IMG/VR virus record: IMGVR_UViG_3300049793_000365
Length of the DNA stretch: 64,000 nucleotides
Source: an uncultured virus (IMG/VR IMGVR_UViG_3300049793_000365)
Lineage: Duplodnaviria; Heunggongvirae; Uroviricota; Caudoviricetes
Strand: one strand, 5' to 3'
Shown: positions 59,062-64,000 of the stretch, one piece after another
Numbering within the stretch: position 1 is the stretch's first letter
Layout of the letters: each line of letters begins with the position of its first letter
Made by a program: the position numbers and the translations under genes
The notes under the pieces: generated by a model
The model's database searches: none
The model's input: the letters and a program-made list of their open reading frames with translations, nothing else
What the model was told of the DNA's origin: nothing

Positions 59062-59114
59062 GTATAAACTATTTATCATCGGCTAATATAAATTGAAAAT
59101 AAAATTTAGCCGAA

Positions 59115-61043
59115 ATGAGTCTACTAGAAAAAATTAAGAAAAACTGGTCTGAAGGTCACAAAGATATGACTATTCAGGAGTACCTTGAGCTTTGTAAAAA
59201 AGATAAGGATATATATGCTTCTCCCGCAGAGAGAATGTTACGTACAATTGGGGAACCAGAACTAATTGATACCAAAAGTGATCCAAGACTGAGCCGAATT
59301 TTCTCAAATAAGCTCATTAAACGCTACCCAGCATTTGCTGAATTTTATGGAATGGAAGATACAATCGAACAAATCGTATCTTTCTTCAAACACGCATCAC
59401 AGGGCTTAGAAGAAAAGAAACAAATTCTTTATTTACTAGGACCAGTAGGTGGTGGTAAGTCATCATTAGCTGAGAAGTTGAAACAGTTAATGGCTGATTC
59501 ACATTTATACGCACTTGTAGGTGAAGATGGTGAAGTTTCTCCAATTTGGGAATCACCGCTTGGTCTATTTTCAGATTATAGAGAATTATTATTAGAAGAA
59601 TACGGAATCGAAAAACGTTATATCCCATCTTGTCCATCTCCTTGGGCGGTTAAAAGATTAAAAGAATATAATGGCGACCTTACTAAGTTCAAAGTTAGAA
59701 AACTTAAATCTTCAATCCAAGAACAAATTGGTATTGCTAAGACAGAACCAGGTGATGATAACAATCAGGATATATCAGCATTAGTTGGTAAGATTGATGT
59801 TAGAAAACTTGGTCAGTTTGCTCAGAACGACCCGGATGCTTATAACTTCTCTGGTGCTTTATGTAAAGCAAACCAAGGTGTTATGGAATTCGTAGAGATG
59901 TTCAAGGCACCTATAAAAATGTTACACCCGTTGTTAACAGCAACACAAGAAGGTAACTATAATGGTACAGAAGCATTATCAGCTATTCCATTTCAAGGAA
60001 TTATCTTAGCTCACTCAAATGAATCAGAGTGGGAATCATTTTCAAATGATAAAAAGAACGAAGCCTTTTTAGACAGGGTTTACATCGTTCGCGTTCCATA
60101 TTGCTTACGCTTAACAGAAGAGGTAGAAATTTACAAAAAGTTATTACGTAGTTCTTCATTAGGCAACGCGGCTTGCGCTCCACAGACACTTGATTTGTTG
60201 GCACAGTTCACAGTAATGACTCGTTTAAAAAGACCGGAGAACTCATTATTATCATCTAAGATGAGAGTTTACAATGGTGAGTCATTAAAAGAAACGGATC
60301 CTCAAGCTAAATCATTACAAGAATATCGTGATGATGGTGGTATCACTGAGGGTATGAATGGTATTTCTACACGTTTTGCTTTCAAAGTATTATCTAAAGT
60401 TTTCAACTACGATAATGAAGAGATAGCAGCTAATCCAATACATTTAATGTATGTACTTGAACAAGAAATTATCAAGTTACAATTAAATAAGGATCTTGAA
60501 GATTACTACATCGCAATTCTTAAAGATAACATCAAGACAAAATATGCTGAGTTCATCGGTGAAGAAATTCAAAAAGCATACGTTGATTCATACCAAGAGT
60601 ATGGTCAGAATATGTTCGAGAAATACTTCTTATACGCTGACCACTGGTGTCGTGACGAAGATTACCGCGATGGTAATACAGGTGAAACATTTGACCGTCA
60701 GGTTTTAAATGCTGAACTTGAAAAGGTTGAAAAGTCTGCTGGTATTTCTAATCCTAAGGATTTCAGAAATGATATCACTCAGTTTGTTTGGAGAACAAAA
60801 GCTTCTAACAATGGTAAAATGCCACGTTGGGATGCTTATGAGAAAATTAGAAATGTAATTGAGAAAAGATTATTTTCTAAAACAGAAGATATTATTCCTG
60901 TTATCTCTTTCGCTACAAAATCTTCTAAGGATGAAGAAAAGAAACACGCTGATTTCATAAATCGCATGGAAGAAAGAGGATATACTCGTAAACAAATTCA
61001 ACTTGTTGTTGAGTGGTATTTAAGAGTTAGAAAAAATTCATAA
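59115..61043 (+). CDS. prkA: PrkA/YeaG-family AAA+ serine kinase-like protein
   Basis: LEEKKQILYLLGPVGGGKSS, KTEPGDDNNQDIS, EFVEMFKAPIK.LHPLLTATQEG, AHSNESEW. Confidence 0.95.
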   Translation: MSLLEKIKKNWSEGHKDMTIQEYLELCKKDKDIYASPAERMLRTIGEPELIDTKSDPRLSRIFSNKLIKRYPAFAEFYGMEDTIEQIVSFFKHASQGLEEKKQILYLLGPVGGGKSSLAEKLKQLMADSHLYALVGEDGEVSPIWESPLGLFSDYRELLLEEYGIEKRYIPSCPSPWAVKRLKEYNGDLTKFKVRKLKSSIQEQIGIAKTEPGDDNNQDISALVGKIDVRKLGQFAQNDPDAYNFSGALCKANQGVMEFVEMFKAPIKMLHPLLTATQEGNYNGTEALSAIPFQGIILAHSNESEWESFSNDKKNEAFLDRVYIVRVPYCLRLTEEVEIYKKLLRSSSLGNAACAPQTLDLLAQFTVMTRLKRPENSLLSSKMRVYNGESLKETDPQAKSLQEYRDDGGITEGMNGISTRFAFKVLSKVFNYDNEEIAANPIHLMYVLEQEIIKLQLNKDLEDYYIAILKDNIKTKYAEFIGEEIQKAYVDSYQEYGQNMFEKYFLYADHWCRDEDYRDGNTGETFDRQVLNAELEKVEKSAGISNPKDFRNDITQFVWRTKASNNGKMPRWDAYEKIRNVIEKRLFSKTEDIIPVISFATKSSKDEEKKHADFINRMEERGYTRKQIQLVVEWYLRVRKNS

Positions 61044-61050
61044 TAATATA

Positions 61051-61440
61051 ATGGGTGAGATTCGTAAATCAGATATTGTAAATGGTGATGTAGCTAAGTA
61101 TGCTGATTACATAACCGATGCCGCTAATAACGCTCTTCAATATTGTGACTATTTGGTACATATTAATTTAAGTGTTAAGGACTTTATCGTAAAATATCAC
61201 GATAAGGCAATGAGTGAGACTATAAGAACGATGTCACCAACTGAACTCGAAGAATATGCCGCTTTATTAAATGATATGATAACATTTCAAGAGATTACTG
61301 CCGGTAAGTTGGATAAACTTATCGGTACTCTTGATAAAGATTTATATAATGATTTTAGAGAAGCATATATGGATGAACAATCAGCTCTTAAGAAATACAA
61401 AAGAGATGTTAAAATTAACAAACTAACGGATGGCGACTAA
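61051..61440 (+). CDS. Hypothetical protein with C-terminal tag (RDVKINKL), between prkA and yeaH
   Basis: ORF. Confidence 0.65.
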   Translation: MGEIRKSDIVNGDVAKYADYITDAANNALQYCDYLVHINLSVKDFIVKYHDKAMSETIRTMSPTELEEYAALLNDMITFQEITAGKLDKLIGTLDKDLYNDFREAYMDEQSALKKYKRDVKINKLTDGD

Positions 61441-62698
61441 TATAGTAGATAGAAGAAAAAATCCATCGGGTAAATCGGTTCCTAATCGTCAAAAATTCTT
61501 GAAAAGAATTGAAGACCAAATAAAGAAAGCTATACCAAATATTGTTGATTCAAATTCAATAGATGAGATAACTAAGGGTAAGGGTAGCATTAAAATTCCA
61601 GTTAAGGGTATCTCTGAGCCGGAATTTGGCTATGACCATTCAAGTGGTGATAAGAAATATGTACATCCCGGTAATAAGAAATATAGTGAAGGAGATAAGA
61701 TAAAGAAACCACAAGGTGGTCAAGGTAAGGGTGGTCGTCAAGGCTCACGCGATGCTGGTGCGACAGAAGATGAGTTTACGGTATCTATATCACGAGATGA
61801 GTTTCTTGATTTCTTTTTTAAAGATTTAGAATTACCAGATATGGTAAGAAAGCAGTTGACTAAAGTAGTTGATTGGAAACAAAAGAGAGCAGGGTACACC
61901 ACTGTTGGTAATCCGTCTCGATTGAATATTGTTAAATCCTATACCAAGTCATTGACGAGGCGCATAGCTATGTGTTCTTATTATGACTCTGAAATTAAAA
62001 GAATAGAAGATAAATTAAAAACAAAAGGTTTATCAAGCGATGAGATATTAAAGTTAGAACAACAGTTAGAAGACTTTAAAAGATTGAAGTTGGCTATTCC
62101 ATTTATGGATGACATTGACTTACGTTACAATAACTTTGATAAATTTCCTGTTCCAAGTACACAAGCAGTAATGTTTTGTATAATGGATGTATCTGGTTCA
62201 ATGGGTCAAAACGAAAAGGATATAGCTAAAAGATTTTTCTTATTGTTGTATATGTTCTTGATGAAAGAATATGAAAAGATAGAGATAGTTTATATTAGAC
62301 ATCACACAGAAGCAAAGGAAGTATCTGAACAAGAATTCTTTGATTCGAGAGAGTCGGGTGGTACCGAAGTATTACCAGCCTTAGAAATGATGAATAATAT
62401 TATCAACGAAAGATATAGTGGTGGTTGGAATATTTACGCATCTCAAATTTCTGATGGTGATGTATGGGGTAGACAAGATGCTGATGATTGTGCTAAATTC
62501 CTTAATTCGGAAGTACTTAAGAAAGTACAGTACATGATTTATGTAGAAGTTTGTAGAGAGAGTATGGGAGATTTATGGATGACATACTCCGATGTTAAGG
62601 GTAAAAATTCAAACTTTGAAATGGGTAAAATTAATAAGGTTAATGAAATATGGCAAGTCTTCCAAGACTTCTTTAGAAAAAAAGTAACTACCAAGTGA
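61430..62698 (+). CDS. yeaH: YeaH/YhbH (DUF444) family protein
   Basis: IVDRR.N..GKS..NRQKF, VHPGN, AVMFCIMDVSGSM, IRHHT, ESGGT, SDGD. Confidence 0.93.
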   Translation: MATNIVDRRKNPSGKSVPNRQKFLKRIEDQIKKAIPNIVDSNSIDEITKGKGSIKIPVKGISEPEFGYDHSSGDKKYVHPGNKKYSEGDKIKKPQGGQGKGGRQGSRDAGATEDEFTVSISRDEFLDFFFKDLELPDMVRKQLTKVVDWKQKRAGYTTVGNPSRLNIVKSYTKSLTRRIAMCSYYDSEIKRIEDKLKTKGLSSDEILKLEQQLEDFKRLKLAIPFMDDIDLRYNNFDKFPVPSTQAVMFCIMDVSGSMGQNEKDIAKRFFLLLYMFLMKEYEKIEIVYIRHHTEAKEVSEQEFFDSRESGGTEVLPALEMMNNIINERYSGGWNIYASQISDGDVWGRQDADDCAKFLNSEVLKKVQYMIYVEVCRESMGDLWMTYSDVKGKNSNFEMGKINKVNEIWQVFQDFFRKKVTTK

Positions 62699-63018
62699 TG
62701 GCTATGACACCCTTTTATATAAGACCAAATCCTGGTTACAGTTATGATCCATGTGAATCAGATAGATATGAGTTCACTCAAGCTATTAAAAAACTTGGAT
62801 TTGAATTAACTAATCCGGAAGTGGATCTTATGAATTTTACATCAGAATGTACGGCGTTATATGTTACTGAGAATAACTTCGATGCTATATTGGTTGAGAA
62901 GAATAAGTACACTTATATAAATATAGGTAGTAAACGCATAGAGAGTGGTGAATTTAAAAATAGCAGAATATTTTTAAGAGATTTAAAGTTGAAGAAATTA
63001 ATAAATGAGCAAGCTTGA
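62695..63018 (+). CDS. Hypothetical protein with C-terminal tag (RDLKLKKLI)
   Basis: ORF. Confidence 0.65.
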   Translation: MMAMTPFYIRPNPGYSYDPCESDRYEFTQAIKKLGFELTNPEVDLMNFTSECTALYVTENNFDAILVEKNKYTYINIGSKRIESGEFKNSRIFLRDLKLKKLINEQA

Positions 63019-63208
63019 TTTACATGGGGTTAGACACATTGATGTGGATGAGTTGGTTGAAGATTTTATATTAACCAATGAATTACCACTCTATATCATA
63101 ACTGGTAACTCACACGTAATGAAAGATAAAGTTATACGCTTATTGGATAAACATAATTTTAAATATGTAATTCGAGCGCATAATTTAGGAGAAATAGTTG
63201 TATTATAA
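63005..63208 (+). CDS. Stand-alone Smr-like domain
   Basis: LDLHG, IITGNS, NLG. Confidence 0.7.
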   Translation: MSKLDLHGVRHIDVDELVEDFILTNELPLYIITGNSHVMKDKVIRLLDKHNFKYVIRAHNLGEIVVL

Positions 63209-63450
63209 TGGCAAATATACCAGGTAGTATTTTAGTAACAGGATTAGCAGCACCATCTGATAATATAATGATGTGTGACTCAACGGGTAATATATCTTGG
63301 GGTAGACCAAGTAATAACTTACTAATGCGTGATGAGATTACGGGTGAGATATATGAATTGATTGTAAGCAACGGTAAATTAGATATAAGAGCTACTTCTA
63401 AGCAAGGCATTAGACAACAAAAGATTGATAAAATAGTAGAAGATGAGTAA
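63208..63450 (+). CDS. Hypothetical protein with C-terminal tag (RQQKIDKIV)
   Basis: ORF. Confidence 0.6.
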   Translation: MANIPGSILVTGLAAPSDNIMMCDSTGNISWGRPSNNLLMRDEITGEIYELIVSNGKLDIRATSKQGIRQQKIDKIVEDE

Positions 63451-63694
63451 GAGTGGTTACCATTTAGCTAAAATTCAGAAAGGTAAATTGGGCGAAATCT
63501 CAAAGATACAAGAAGAATTAGATGAGCTTAAAGATGCTGAGTTACAGGAGTCAAAGGTAATGATTTCAGTAGAGTTATCTGATTTATATGGCGCACTAGA
63601 AGCTTACGCAATTAAACAAGGTTTAACAATGGATGATTTGAAAAAGTTTTCCATAATAACAAAAAGAGCATTCACAAATGGCAAAAGGAAATGA
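63443..63694 (+). CDS. MazG-like nucleotide pyrophosphatase fold protein
   Basis: KIQEELDEL.DA...ELSDLYGA. Confidence 0.6.
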   Translation: MSKSGYHLAKIQKGKLGEISKIQEELDELKDAELQESKVMISVELSDLYGALEAYAIKQGLTMDDLKKFSIITKRAFTNGKRK

Positions 63695-63893
63695 TGATAA
63701 GAGACAACGTGAGCTTGTAAATAAATTGATACAAGCGGCTAATCAGCTTAGTAAACAAAATGAGGGAAAGGCTGACCACGTTATTGTTTCTCCTGATTTA
63801 TATGAGAAGATAGAAGAAATGAAAGAGTATATTGAAATTCTTGAGCGAATGAAAAATCGTAATAAAGGAATTGATGATGTACTTAACGGTTAA
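63678..63893 (+). CDS. Hypothetical protein with C-terminal tag (RNKGIDDVL)
   Basis: ORF. Confidence 0.6.
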   Translation: MAKGNDDKRQRELVNKLIQAANQLSKQNEGKADHVIVSPDLYEKIEEMKEYIEILERMKNRNKGIDDVLNG

Positions 63894-64000
63894 GGTCTAA
63901 TCGCAAATGTTTCACCTTCTTCTAATTGAAATTCTAATATAACTTTGGTATCTTGAATATTGATATCAATGATTCTATTATTAGACTTCAACTCTTTTTC
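63890..64000 (-). CDS. 3' end of an ORF entering from the right edge
   Basis: Open frame ...EKELKSNNRIIDINIQDTKVILEFQLEEGETFAIRP*. Confidence 0.5.
   Translation of the reverse strand, partial: EKELKSNNRIIDINIQDTKVILEFQLEEGETFAIRP

Noticed and set aside
1..64000. Bacterial chromosome or eukaryotic giant virus origin (MetRS, eukaryote-like NrdA/NrdB, PrkA)
   Set aside because: The gp41-like helicase, fibre proteins, dense small orphans and Bacteroidota promoters fit a jumbo phage better; no capsid or terminase gene is in the window, so this remains an inference
1..64000. CRISPR array, IS element or diversity-generating retroelement
   Set aside because: No regular repeat-spacer array, transposase or reverse transcriptase seen
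1..64000. Stop-codon reassignment as in some large Bacteroidota phages
   Set aside because: Long genes are intact under code 11, and TAG, TGA and TAA all end well-packed ORFs

Overview
AT-rich, densely coding segment that is most simply read as part of a very large (jumbo/huge) tailed phage with T4-like traits and a Bacteroidota host. Host evidence: more than ten TTTG-N19/20-TAnnTTTG promoters and little sign of Shine-Dalgarno sequences. Recognisable content: T4 gp41-like helicase, class Ia NrdA/NrdB, MetRS plus a separate tRNA-binding domain, tRNA-Leu(TAA) followed by a structured ncRNA candidate, AlkB, KptA/Tpt1, dCMP deaminase-like, Nudix, a secreted nuclease, tail-fibre-like proteins, a 10-gene glycosylation cluster and PrkA(YeaG)/YeaH. 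The main unexplained signal is a two-tag system. About 29 otherwise unrelated small ORFs end in a shared motif R-[DEN]-x-[KQR]-[IL]-x-x-[IL]-[LIV], and many lie in units driven by host-type promoters. A nearly non-overlapping set of about 12 ORFs starts with a T4 capsid-targeting-like leader (MKHLKTFES type), mostly just behind an (A)TATATA box. All calls come from reading motifs by eye; no database searches were run.
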